The translations under genes and the position numbers were made by a program. Positions 44,466 through 57,258 of a DNA stretch of 64,000 nt are shown piece by piece (position 1 is the first letter of the stretch; every line of letters starts with the position of its first letter). This stretch comes from Macrostomum lignano (taxonomy: Eukaryota), in assembly GCA_002269645.1 (NCBI GenBank), contig NIVC01000912.1, forward strand, positions 1 to 64,000. The letters are read 5' to 3'. Under the pieces are notes generated by a model. It ran no database searches. It saw nothing but the letters and a program-made list of their open reading frames with translations, and had not been told where the DNA came from.

Positions 44466-47160
44466 CTTAAGTGGGGACCTATATAATTATTCATAATAGT
44501 GTTTATGTATGAATCTAATTTTTTAACATTTTGTCCCTTTGGAATTTCAAGTGTAAGACCAACAAACTTTTTGCTTTATCTAGGCAGGCCTAGTAGGCCT
44601 AAGCAATACAATACAATATGTCAATAGATCCATTTTGCAAGTGCATAGCCAGAAATTTCCTTTGGGGGTTGGGGATAAGATAGGCCACCTCTAGGGAGGG
44701 TCGTGGAGGAATAGGCCACCCCTAGGTTAGGAAAAACGAAATATACTAAAAAATAGGCTTCAAAATTTTTTGCTGTTTAGTTTGGGTGGATCTACATTCC
44801 CCTGGCCCCTATCTGGGCCCTCCCTAAGCCCTAGTATAGGCCCCTGCCCTGTCCACTTGTTGAAACAGTGCTTGGGACTTGGTTAAATTGACAGCTTGCA
44901 AGTTGCATTTTTTCTAAATTAAATTAAATAGGCCTATGAAAATTGATATGTATACAACTTTGTTGGCTAGGCCTAATCATTTTTGGCTTTTAGGCCTACC
45001 AATATTAAAACAAAATTAATTAATTAAATTTAAAATGTACATAATGGGAGTGGGGTGGCTATACATTAGACAACAATCAGAATAAGGTTGCTGATCAAGA
45101 ATAAGGGGTAAGTAAATCATTATGCAAAATTGCAAAATCATACCATTTGCTTAATATTTTAATGTTGGTTTAATTTGATGTTAGGCCTAATAAAAACTAA
45201 TTGGCCAAAGTTGTACATATGCTAGGAAAATAGATATAAATCTAAGTATAATGTTAAGACCTAAAAGAAAGTAGAAATAGGCTAGGTCTATATTTTATTA
45301 ATATATTTTTGCTATATTTTTGCTAGCTAGCTTTATATTTGTTTTTCTCTTTTTGCAAATTTTTATAAGGCCATAGGCTAAGGCCTAGTATTTTTTCAAA
45401 CCAAAAAAATTGGCTATTACTTTGTGCTTTGCCTTTGTTGAATTAAATCTTTGACTTTAATAAGCTAATAATAAGCTATATTAAGTATAGGCCCTAGCTA
45501 AATGCTATAAAACTTTTTAGAAAATAGTTTTGTTTAGAGTATCCTAATTTATAATTCTATTTTAGTTTTTCATAACATAAGCAAAACTTATTATCTATAT
45601 TTATATCTATTAGAACTATCCAAAAGCAAAAGTTTTTTGAAGAGATTGAGGGCCTAAAATGTTTTGTTTAAGCCTATTTAAAGTTTTAGTTATATATATA
45701 TATGTATATAAATCTAACCTTATAAAATTTTAGGCAAGAAAACATTAAATTAATAGCAATTCTATTTGTTTTGCACTTTGTTTACGCCAATATTATAATC
45801 TCTAACCTTGCTAGTATTTAGCAATATATATTTTCTATCATTGCTACTACTCATATAAGTAATTATATATTGCATCATTAATAATGCAATTATCCACTTA
45901 TGTAAGAGTAATATTATAACTAATGATATTTGTATATATTAAAAATATTGAACCCATATTTTTGCATATTTCTTAATAGATTTGCTAGTTTGGTTATATA
46001 CTTATCTATAGAAGTGCTTGTCTATAGCCTAATCTATTAGGGAGGTACAATCATAGCATACATGCGCAACAGTCAGCCGAGTCGGCCAATCTGGCTCACT
46101 GATTTGGCAGCCAACCAAGGTAAATCACAAAAATGCCCACCCAAATAAATACCCAAGTAGTACTAAATAGATAATGAGGCATTTTGCCTTGATAAGACAG
46201 TTATAGTTATTCCTGCTGTTTACCCAAGTAGCATTAATTTTGCTCCAAGTTTTCTTTTACATGTAAGTTGCATTTTTGGCCAAAAACTATATCACATTTT
46301 TTGTTAAAACTAAGTTGCACGGCTGACTAAATTTTGGAGGTTGCATGTGTATGAATTATAGTCCCTAGTCAGAGCTTTTGTCCTATATCTAAGGGATATA
46401 CAAAGAGAAATAAGAAAGTTATAATTGCAAAGCAGATTACAAAGTGAGATAATATATATTCTCATTAAGGGAGAATTGAAAAAATGTCCAACAAATTATA
46501 TTTTTTCATTTGTTGATAAATCTTATGTCACTTTGTATAGTGAGGATAGAGTTGGGATAATTATTAAATTACTTAATTATTTAAGGAAAACTATAAGGCT
46601 AGGGTCTATATTTTTGGAGAGACTAGGAGAGACAAGATAGTATATGCAAGAAAAATACAAGGGTACAATAGTACAAAAATTTTATATTATCATTCAAAGA
46701 AGTAATTTAATTCAATAGCCTAGTGTAAGATTATACCCTTTATGAATTGCTTTTATCATTGTAATTGATGATTGCAAAGTGCAAGTTTCTTTATTTTTAA
46801 TGTTTTTATATGAATGCTACTTATTTACTTGCTAATAAAATAAATAGTTTTTCAACAATAATAATAACAACAATAACTAATACTTCTACTATTAGTATTA
46901 CTATTACTACTATTACTACTACTTACCAGTTAGCTATGTTTATATTGTCTGAATTGTGTTGGTAGCCAATTGGCATCACAATGGACTTTTAAAACTACTA
47001 ACTAGTAGGCACTACAGATTACATAGAACAATTTTAGCCAGCCAACAAGAATTTAATTGACAGTACTATTTAAGCACCGCAGGCAATATTTATTTAAGAT
47101 GAAAGCTTATATTTAATCTGACAATCCACCTTGCAGCTTGCTAGTGTCAGCCAGCCAGCC

Positions 47161-50100
47161 ATGTCCGACATGGATGAAGTTGATGGCACCGGATCGGCGG
47201 CCAACTCCGCTATTGGCGCCAGCGCCGCCGGCAGCGACTGCGGCGACAGCGACGTCGGTGCCGACGCGGCCTCTCTGTCGCCCAGCCGGATGACGCTGCG
47301 CCGCAAGCTGGCCCAGGTGATGCACGAGGCTGTCGTGCTCGATGCCGACGGTCCCGATGGCAAGTCCCGCGTTATCTGCCCGTCCTGCGACAAGTCGCTT
47401 TATGACAAAGCCGCACTGCGCGTCCACTTCAAGTCGGTGCACCTGAAGATTGTTTACAGGTGCACCGTGCCCCGCTGCCCGCTCTGGTTCAACACCAAGT
47501 GGTCCCGGAATCGCCACGTGGCCAATAAGAACCCCGGCGTGCACGACGGCCCGCCCAAGCCGCTGCCCGAGGGCGCCATCTTTGCCGACGATGACGACGC
47601 ACCAACGCCTGGCGTGATGCAGAGCGCCGGCTGCGGCGACTCGCCCGCCTCAACCCCAACTAAGAGGCCGGCGTCCGCGTCCAATTCTTTGATGTCGCCG
47701 CCTCCACCTCCGCCGCCGCCGCCACTGCCTCCTCCGCCGCTGCAGCCGCCGGCGCCAACGTCCGGTTCGTCGCTAGCTCCACCGCAGCCGCAGCCGTCGC
47801 AGCCACAGCCGCCTCCGTCAGCGGCGCCTTCAGTAACAACACCGTTGGCCAACCAGGCACCTCTAGCCACCGGCTATTTGCCGTTGCGCCAGGCTCTGGA
47901 ACGGCTGGTCGACGCTTTGCAGCGCACCGACCCAAGCCAGCATTTCGCTTATCCACCTTTGGACGCCGCTGGAGCTTCGGCCGCAACTGTCGGCAGCCGG
48001 CCGCCAACCGATTTGCACAGCATGCGGCTGATGATTCGCGCCGGTCGCTACGTCACCTACGGCGCGTTTCGGCGCGACCTGTTGGCCATGGTGGAAGCGT
48101 TCAGACGGCGGCACGCGCGGGATCCGGCTCTGCGCGAGGCCGCTCAGGTTCGGGATTTGAAAATAATGAACAACGCCTTTAAAGCCTATCAAAACTGGCC
48201 CGCCTCTGCGATCAGCCCTCCCTTTTACACCCCATCGAGATCCACTCCCTTACACCCTATAGAGATCCACTCCCTTACACCCCATCGAGATCCACTCCCT
48301 TACACCCCATCGAGATCCACTCCCTTACACCCTATAGAGATCCGCCCCCTCTACGCCCTATAGAGATCCGCCCCCTTACATCCCAGAGGTCCGCTCCCCT
48401 CCACTACACCTCATAGAGATCCGCCCCCCTTACACTTACACCCTATAGAGGTCCGCCCCCTCCCTTACACCCCAAAGAGATCCGCCCGCCCCCTCTTACA
48501 CCCCATAGAGATCCGACCGCCCCCTCTTACACCCCAAAGAGATCCGACCGCCCTCTTACACCCCAAAGAGATCCGACCGCCCTCTTACACCCCAAAGAGA
48601 TCCGACCGCCTTCTTACACCCCAAAGAGATCCGCCCGCCCCCTCTTACACCCCATAGAGATCCGACCGCCCCCTCTTACACCCCATAGAGATCCGACCGC
48701 CCCTCTTACACCCCAAAGAGATCCGACCGCCCTCTTACACCCCAAAGAGATCCGACCGCCCTCTTACACCCCAAAGAGATCCGACCGCCCTCTTACACCC
48801 CAAAGAGATCCGACCGCCCTCTTACACCCCAAAGAGATTCGACCGCCCTCTTACACCCCAAAGAGATCCGACCGCCCTCTTACACCCCAAAGAGATCCGA
48901 CCGCCCTCTTACACCCCAAAGAGATCCTCCCTACACCCCTTACACCGCCGCCTCCCGCATACCCGATCGGTAACTGCCCCCATAAAGCGATACGGCCACT
49001 CGCCAATGTAACCGCAGGTGATGTCGGAGAACCTGGTCGCGCTGGAGTCGCAGATAGTCCGAGCGGCCAACGGCACCAACCAGTTCGGCCTTAATCCCCA
49101 GCTGCTGGCCAATCCGGACCAGCCTGAGCCTGGCACAGCCGAGTCTGCGGCTGCATCAACAGCTACTGTCAAAGTCGACCAGTCGGCGGCGGCCTCGGGC
49201 TGTCGGGATTCGTCGAATCAACCGCCAACAACTCTGACAACTTTGACCACCGCGTCTCAGCAGCAGCAGCGTCGCGCAGGCGGCGGCGGCATGACGATTG
49301 GCGAGCAGGTGGGCCGGCTGCAGAGCGGCACACCTTGCCTGGTGGGATTCAGAGAGGATAAACGGAATCGAGTTGCGCCGTTTAAGTAAGCATCGCTTGT
49401 TTATTTAACTTACGAGTAAAAAAGTTTGAAAAGTGTGGTTAATATTCCCGAAAAATAAACATAAAAGCTACCATTCAAACGCCGAAACTACCATCCCAAC
49501 CCGAAACTACCATCCCAACCCAAAAATACCATCCAAAACTCGAAACTACCATCCCAACCCGAAACTACCATCCCAACCCAAAAACTACCATCCCAACCCA
49601 AAAACTACCATCCCAACCCGAAACTACCATCCAAAACTCGAAACTACCATTCAAACGCCGAAACTACCATCCCAACCCGAAAATACCGTCCAAAACTCGA
49701 AACTACCATCCGAACCCGAAACTACCACCCCAACCCAAAACTACCATCCCAACCCGAAACTACCATTCAAACGCCGAAACTACCATCCCAACCCAAAACT
49801 ACCATCCCAACCCAAAACTACCATTCAAACGCCGAAACTACCATCCCAACCCGAAACTACCATCCCAACCCAAAACTACCATCCCAACCCAAAACTACCA
49901 TCCCAACCCAAAACTACCATCCAAACGCGAAACTACCATCCAACCCCCGAAGCTAAGTGCAGAGAAGACGGCGGCATGCATTCCAAAAAGTGTCGCTGTC
50001 CCACCCGCAGGCCAGTCTACTACGATCCATTCTCCTCGTTCGGTCCCTGCTACGATTCCGGCAAAGCTTCGGCCACCCTGGAGGATACGCAGCTGCTGTC

Positions 50101-50344
50101 CGAGCAGGTGCCGCCCGGCTGCACCCTGGATTACCGGCCGGAGCACCCGCCCGGAGGCGACCATTTCGCCTTCCACTTTCTGGCGGCCTACGCCCGCGAC
50201 CATCCGGACCTGTTTCTGGAGGAGTCCCGCCAGCCGCTGGAGGCCTCTCTGCAAGGCTCCAACTCCACCTCCGACCAGCTGAGATTGGCCAGGCAGGTGC
50301 TGGAGAACGGGCTGGACTGCGACGCCGCCTTGGGGCCGCCTTGA
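47161..50344 (+). CDS. Disco/basonuclin-type C2H2 zinc-finger pair fused to a BRD7/BRD9-like protein (degenerate bromodomain plus DUF3512-like region), 562 aa
   Basis: Exons 47161-48147, 49018-49385 and 50011-50344 total 1689 nt with GT-AG sites and consistent phase. Zinc fingers: CPSCDKSLYDKAALRVHFKSVHLKIVYRCTVPRCPLWFNTKWSRNRHVANKNPGVH. Bromodomain-like: PLRQALERLVDALQRTDPSQHFAYP...PTDLHSM...GRY...FRRDL. BRD7/9 signature: GRLQSGTPCLVGFREDKRNRVAPFKPVYYDPFSSFGPCYDS. Confidence 0.85.
48225..48945. repeat. 29-bp C-rich minisatellite (CCCTCTTACACCCCAAAGAGATCCGACCG), intronic
   Basis: About 24 units. Confidence 0.92.
49480..49945. repeat. 19-21-bp minisatellite (AAACTACCATCCCAACCCRA), intronic
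   Basis: About 23 units. Confidence 0.9.
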
Positions 50345-50559
50345 CTGGCTGGCTGGCTGGCTGACTTTCTTGGGGTTTCTGGGAAGTCACTTTGGTTATT
50401 GCACAGGTTTTGTCAACTACTTATTCGATATTGAGGGTTTTGGGCTTTTAGTGTCAATTGAGTTTGACCATCCTCTTATTTCTAGGCCTGCATTTCTGGC
50501 TTGTGTTCTACTGCCTTTCTGTCTGTCTGCCTGTCTGTCTGTCTGTCTGCCTGTCTGCC

Positions 50560-50599
<40 letters not shown>

Positions 50600-51184
50600 A
50601 GCCTGTCTGTCCATCTCAGTCCATCTTCATCTTCAATGCAGCTCTTCCTAACGGAGTGGCTCCGTATAGTTCTTTAAAACCCGTAGCTATCGAAACAAGC
50701 AATATTCCGCATTAAATAAAGAACTATTGGTTAAATATAATTCCATTTCCAAAACTCGCAACGGCTTTTTGATTGATTCAACAGATTGTTTGAATTTTCG
50801 TTGCAAGCAGCTCTTGTATTTTGGCAGTGCAATTAAGCTTTACGCCACGCTAGCAGCTGTCTAATAGCAGACTTACTACTCATAGTAGTTGCATTTCGTC
50901 ATTTTTGCTAAGTCTGACTGCAGCGCGGGCGCGTCCTGTTATTGGGCCTTTTTAATGAATGCCTACCCGACCTGTGGTTACAAGCTGCTCTATTCAAACA
51001 GTAATATTCTGTCCGTCTATAGATTGCTTGCTATATTAATTTTTATTGCTATCTTTTAATTCATTACTATTTACTGTAGCCTAACTGCTGCGATTAAAAC
51101 ATTTCCTCTGCTGAGTCTTATATGCACCGTATGCGCACTTTGAGTTTGGCTATGGCTTTCTGTACATCTCAGCATCTCTGTCAA

Positions 51185-51690
<506 letters not shown>

Positions 51691-52429
51691 CCCATCTCTC
51701 AGCCTCCTCTGTGTACGCGTAAAATCTATAATGTCACTGATTGCGTTTGAATTCCTGAGCAACATTCTTAGTACATTCTGCCATCTGAGGCGCGGTCTCT
51801 CAAATCAGTGCGTTATTATCGTTAGCGAGTAACTGCACCATAAAATTCCTTTTATAGCCTGTGCCGTGTTTAAGTTAAGCAGTTTTCTCTCCGCTCTCGA
51901 TCTCAAGTGTCTTCATTTATTTACCCTGCAATTATCAGTTTCACACTGCGGTAATTTTGTGCGTTTTTTATTACACTAATTATCTTATCAACATGTACTC
52001 TGTTTAATAATGCTGCTATACTACTTATCGAGTAGTTACTACAGTAAAGATGCACATTTTGGCAACTTTAAAAAAACAATAAGAGCACACAAGATTCTTT
52101 ATTGCGATTTTATAACATTTATTTAATACGGCTTGCACAGGACTGGTTAGTCTGTCTTGTTTCTCTCTCTGTCGGTCACTCAGTTCTCTGCGGCAGATTT
52201 GCTGTCTGACTGTAAATAATTATGGCCACCTGGTAGTCCTCTTGAATACCGCACTTGTTTATGCTTATATCATGCGAAATTCAACTACTTAAAATAATTT
52301 AATGTGACTATTTCATTTTCTTTTCTTTCACGGTTCTTGTTTTAGAGCTTGAAACTACTTCTGTCATTTTATATTTCTAGCTGTATTTCCGTTTTTGGGC
52401 AAATTCGTTCAAATGACCCGAGCGGGACA

Positions 52430-53190
52430 GCGGAGGACCATTAGAAGGGCCTGAAGGTTGTGGCGAAGGACCATTAGAAGGGCCTGAAGGGGCAGCAAAG
52501 GACTATTAGAAGGGCCTGAAGAGTGTGGCGAATGACCATTAGAAAGGCCTGAAGAGTGTGACGAAGGACCATTAGAAAGGCCTGAAGAGTGTGACGAAGG
52601 ACCATTAGAAAGGCCTGAAGAGTGTGACGAATGACCATTAGAAGGGCCTGAAGGGTGTGGCGAAGGACCATTAGAAGGGCCTGAAGGGGCAGCAGAGGAC
52701 CATTAGAAGGGCCTGAAGGGCAGCAGAAGACCATTAGAAGGGGCTGAAGGGCAGCGGAGGACCATTAGAAGGGCCTGAAGGGCAGCAGAAGACCATTAAA
52801 AGGGGCTGAAGGGCAGCAGAAGACCATTAAAAGGGGCTGAAGGGCAGCAGAGGACCATTAGAAGGGCCTGAAGGGCAGCAGAGGACCATTAGAAGGGCCT
52901 GAAGGGCAGCAGAGGACCATTAGAAGCGGCTGAAGGGCAGCGGAGGACCATTAGAAGGGCCTGAATGGCAGCAGAAAACCATTAGAAGGGGCTGAAGGGC
53001 AGCGAAGGACCATTAGAAGGGCCTGAAGGGGCAGCAGAGGACCATTAGAAGGGCCTGAAGGGCAGCAGAGTACCATTAGAAGGGCCTGAACGGGCAGCAG
53101 AGGACCATTAGAAGGGGCTGAAGGGCAGCAGAGGACCATTAGAAGGGGCTGAAGGGCAGCGGAGGATCATTAGAAGGACCTGAAGGGTCC
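52430..53190. repeat. 31-32-bp minisatellite (GGACCATTAGAAGGGCCTGAAGGGCAGCAGA)
   Basis: About 24 units ending about 75 nt upstream of the CYB5D2 ATG. Confidence 0.92.
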
Positions 53191-53265
53191 TGAGCTTTCT
53201 TTCTGTCAGACTTTAAAATCGTAGCAATAATGCTAATCCCATTACCCAAGAAAGCAATACTTTAA

Positions 53266-54825
53266 ATGGCATTTCTACTCATGCCAGAAAGTACAATGCG
53301 CACTTCAGCCTGGTGTCTGTTGCTATTCGGTGCTTTGCTATGCGGCCTAGTTGCCGTGCTGTTGCCAACTGGCGGTCTCGGCTCTGCGGGCCTCACCCGC
53401 CGCCTGCTCCCGGCGTACCTGCGAGTGCACCGGCTTGTGGCCGAGTTCTCCAGACAATTGTTTGGCCGCAGCAATAAAGAGGGATTTGCCGAGAAGAATG
53501 CGCAGAACAGCTGTTTGTACTTTCTGTTCGACGATACCCAGCTGCAGCGTAATAGGCACCTGTCCATACTGGGCACCGTGTTCGACGTTAGCGAGTCGGC
53601 CTTCTATAAGCCTGGGGGCGAGTACGAGCAGTTCACTGGACGAGACGCTTCGAGGAATTTCGCTACTAGCGATACGGGCGCCGAGAGTGGCAGCTTCTCT
53701 GATAATTTGGACGGCTTGAGCGGAGCTCAGCTAGCGGACCTGTTCGAGTGGCAGAGGTTCGTGTTGCTTTTTTGGGGGCGCTTTCTGGGTGCTCGAAATT
53801 AACGGTGACTGATTGTCCCATGGGTCATGGAGGGATGGATGACTGATTGTCCCATGGGTCATGGAGGGATGGATGACTGATTGTCCCATGGGTCATGGAG
53901 GGGTGGATGACTGTCCAATGGGTCATGGAGAGAAGGATGACTGATTGTGTCTAATGGGTCATAGAGGGGTGGATGACTGTCCAATGGGTCATGGAGAGAA
54001 GGATGACTGATTGTGTCTAATGGGTCATAGAGGGGTGGATGACTGTCCAATGGGTCATGGAGAGAAGGATGACTGATTGTGTCTAATGGGTCATAGAGGG
54101 GTGGATGACTGTCCAATGGGTCATGGAGAGAAGGATGACTGATTGTGTCTAATGGGTCATAGAGGGGTGGATGACTGTCCAATGGGTCATGGAGAGAAGG
54201 ATGACTGATTGTCTAATGGGTCATAGAGGGGTGGATGACTGTCTAATGGGTCATGGAGAGAAGGATGACTGATTGTCTAATGGTTCATAGAGGGGTGGAT
54301 GACTGTCTAATGGGTCATGGAGAGAAGGATGACTGATTGTCTAATGGTTCATAGAGGGGTGGATGACTGATAATCCAATGGGTCATAGAGGGATGAATGA
54401 CTGATTGTCCGATGGACCACATCGTCAGGTTCTACTTCAGCAAGTACAAGTGCGTTGGCTACAGCCGCGGCCGGTTCTACCACCCCTCCCTGCTGGAGAC
54501 CGACTACTTGCGCGGCATGAAAGCCGCCGCCGACGCGCACCTGGCGCGCAAATCTCAACTAGCCGAAAACTTTCCGCCGTGCGATGCCACCACTATAGAC
54601 GGCAAAACCGTAGTGTATTGCAACGGCGCCCTGAACTTGGATCCGAACAACGTGATGCCCAACACTCGGTATCCGAGGATCTTCTATAATAAATTCGACG
54701 CCACATCTGGCTGCGCCTGCGTCCTGCGGGACATGCGCTCCGACGGCAGGGTGGCCGTCTACGAGGCCTGCTCGCCAGACGCGCTGCAGTGCACAGTGCT
54801 GAGGCCGCCTCCGCCGCGTGATTGA
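53266..54825 (+). CDS. CYB5D2: Neuferricin (cytochrome b5-like heme/steroid-binding MAPR protein), 295 aa
   Basis: Exons 53266-53756 and 54429-54825 with a phase-2 intron. N-terminal hydrophobic anchor, then LSILGTVFDVS...FYKPGGEYEQFTGRDASRNF, and FY..KYKCVG...GRFY, FPPC, YPRIFY, CACV, YEAC at the C-terminus. Confidence 0.9.
53805..54410. repeat. 30-32-bp (approximately 62-bp dimer) minisatellite with GATGACTG...ATGGGTCAT core, intronic
   Basis: Alternating subunits filling the CYB5D2 intron. Confidence 0.9.
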
Positions 54826-54904
54826 GGGGCGGTCTGAGTCTTAGGGAAAGTGCAGGACTGCTGGCTTTGGGATGCTCAATATCCTTCCCTTTTCTTTTCC
54901 TCAC

Positions 54905-55880
54905 ATTCTCTCCTGTGCTGTCCTCTCTTCTCTCCTCTCTCCTCTCTTCTCCCTCTCCCCTCTCCTCTCGTCTTCTCTCTCTCTTCTCCCCTCCTATCCT
55001 CTCCTCTCCTCTCCTCTCCTCTCCTCTCCTCCCTCTCCTCCCTCTCTTCTCCCCTCTTCTCTCTCTCTTCTCCCCTCCTCTCCTCTCCTCTCCTCTCCTC
55101 CCTCTCTTCTCCCTCTCCCCTCTCCTCTCGTCTTCTCTCTCTCTTCTCCCCTCCTATCCTCTCCTCTCCTCTTCTATCCTCTCCTCTCCTCTCCTCTCCT
55201 CCCTCTCCTCCCTCTCTTCTCCCCTCTTCTCTCTCTCTTCTCCCCTCCTCTCCTCTCCTCTCCTCTCCTCCCTCTCTTCTCCCCTCCTCTCCTCTCCTCT
55301 CCTCTCCTCTCCTCTCCTCTCCTCTCCTCTCCTCTCCTCTCCTCTCCTCTTCTCTCCTCTCCTCTCCTCTCCTCTCCTCCCTCTCCTCCCTCTCTTCTCC
55401 CCTCTTCTCTCTCTCTTCTCCCCTCCTCTCCTCTCCTCTCCTCTCCTCCCTCTCTTCTCCCCTCCTCTCCTCTCCTCTCCTCTCCTCTCCTCTCCTCTCC
55501 TCTCCTATCCTCTCCTCTCCTCTCCTCTCCTCTCCTCTCCTCCCTCTCTTCTCCCCTCTTCTCTCTCTCTTCTCCCCTCCTCTCCTCTCCTCTCCTCCCT
55601 CTCTTCTCCCCTCCTCTCCTCTCCTCTCCTCTCCTCTCCTCTCCTCTCCTCCCTCTCCTCCCTCTCTTCTCCCCTCTTCTCTCTCTCTTCTCCCCTCCTC
55701 TCCTCTCCTCTCCTCCCTCTTTTCTCCCCTCTTCTCTCTCTCTTCTCCCCTCCTCTCCTCTCCTCTCCTCTCCTCTCCTCTCCTCTCCTCTCCTCTCCTC
55801 TCCTCTTCTCTCCTCTCCTCTCCTCTCCTCTCCTCTCCTCTCCTCTCCTCTCCTCTCCTCTCCTCTCCTCTCCTTCTCCT
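54905..55880. repeat. Polypyrimidine (CTCTC)n-based array with higher-order repeats
   Basis: About 1 kb, almost purely C/T on the plus strand. Confidence 0.95.
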
Positions 55881-56479
55881 TTCCCTCTCCCACTTTCCTT
55901 GTTTACCTCTTTCTCTTCCTCTCCTCTTCGCCTCTATTCTCTCTCCCTCTACCCTACTCCATCTTATCTCCCTTCAATATCAAACGGTTATTCGATCGAT
56001 TATTTAATTTTATTTCTAACTCTAACTAATACTTGTAGTTATCGCCGCCTGTGTGGCATGCAATCTTCAGCTGGGCAGTGCATGGAAACATGACATTCCT
56101 GCTGAGTATTCACTTTCAACTCAAATCATGCCTGCTGCCAAGCAATATTGATAGATTTTGTTTGTTCTGACTTTTGTTGAATTTGATGCTGCCCAAGCTT
56201 TGATTATAGTAATAAGTGTATTTCCAATAAATCTAAATAATTTTCACGCTTGTACGTCCCGGTATGATCTTCTTTACTGGCTTTGCTTGTTTTCTTTGCT
56301 TTGCTAGCAACATAAAAAATCAGCGCGTCTTATTCCCACTGTTATCGTGTACATTCCATGGCGTTGAAAATATACACGGAAAACGATTTGTAAAACTGTT
56401 TTACACATACGGTGGTGAATGTTTGTACTTTTCAAGACAATGATTCACCTTTTTGTTATTTACCGATCTCGTGTGTCTT

Positions 56480-57190
56480 TAGATTGGGATTTTTATCCCC
56501 ATTATTTACGGGTATGCAGATAATTCTAGATTGGCATTTTTATCCCTATCCTTAACGCGGGTTCTGGATTGGGATTTTATCCCTATCTTTTAGTCAGATT
56601 ATAGTTTAGGTTTTTTATTCCCTTCCTTTAAGTAGATCCTAGATTGGGATGTTATCCCGATCATTTATGCGGGTTCTAGATTAGGATTTTTATCCCCATC
56701 CTTTATTTGGATTTTAGATTGGGATTGTTAACCCCATCCTTTTTGTGGATTCTAGATTGGGATTTTTATCTCAATCCTTTATGTAGATTCTAGATTAAGA
56801 TTATCATCCCTATCTTTTAGGAGGATTCTAGATTAGGATTTTTATCCCGATCCTTTATGCAGGTTCTAGATTGTAATATTTATCCCAATCCTTTTGGCAG
56901 ATTCTAGATTAAGATTTTTATCCCCATTCTTTAGTCATATTCTAGATTGTGATTTTATCCCCATCCATTATTTGGATTCTAGATTGAGATTTCATTCCCA
57001 TCCTTTTTTACGGGTTCTAGATTTGGATTTTTATCCCCATTTTTTAGTCATATTCTAGATTGTGATTTTATCCCCATCCATTATTTGGATTCTAGATTGA
57101 GATTTCATTCCAATCCTTTTTTACGGGTTCTAGATTTGGATTTTTATCCCCATCCTTTGTGCAAGTTTTAGATTAGGATTTTATCCCATC
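56480..57190. repeat. Degenerate approximately 44-bp repeat (TTCTAGATTGGGATTTTTATCCCCATCC...)
   Basis: About 16 diverged units upstream of the epsilon-tubulin coding start. Confidence 0.8.
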
Positions 57191-57258
57191 ATATTGCTTG
57201 TTTAATCTAGCTGTCCCAGGTTCGTTTCGAAGTGCCATTGTCTTAAAGCGAATTGGGG

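Noticed and set aside
54822-56093. 385-423-aa Leu/Ser/Pro and Glu/Arg/Gly ORFs
   Set aside because: They are translations of a CT-only array that cannot contain stop codons.
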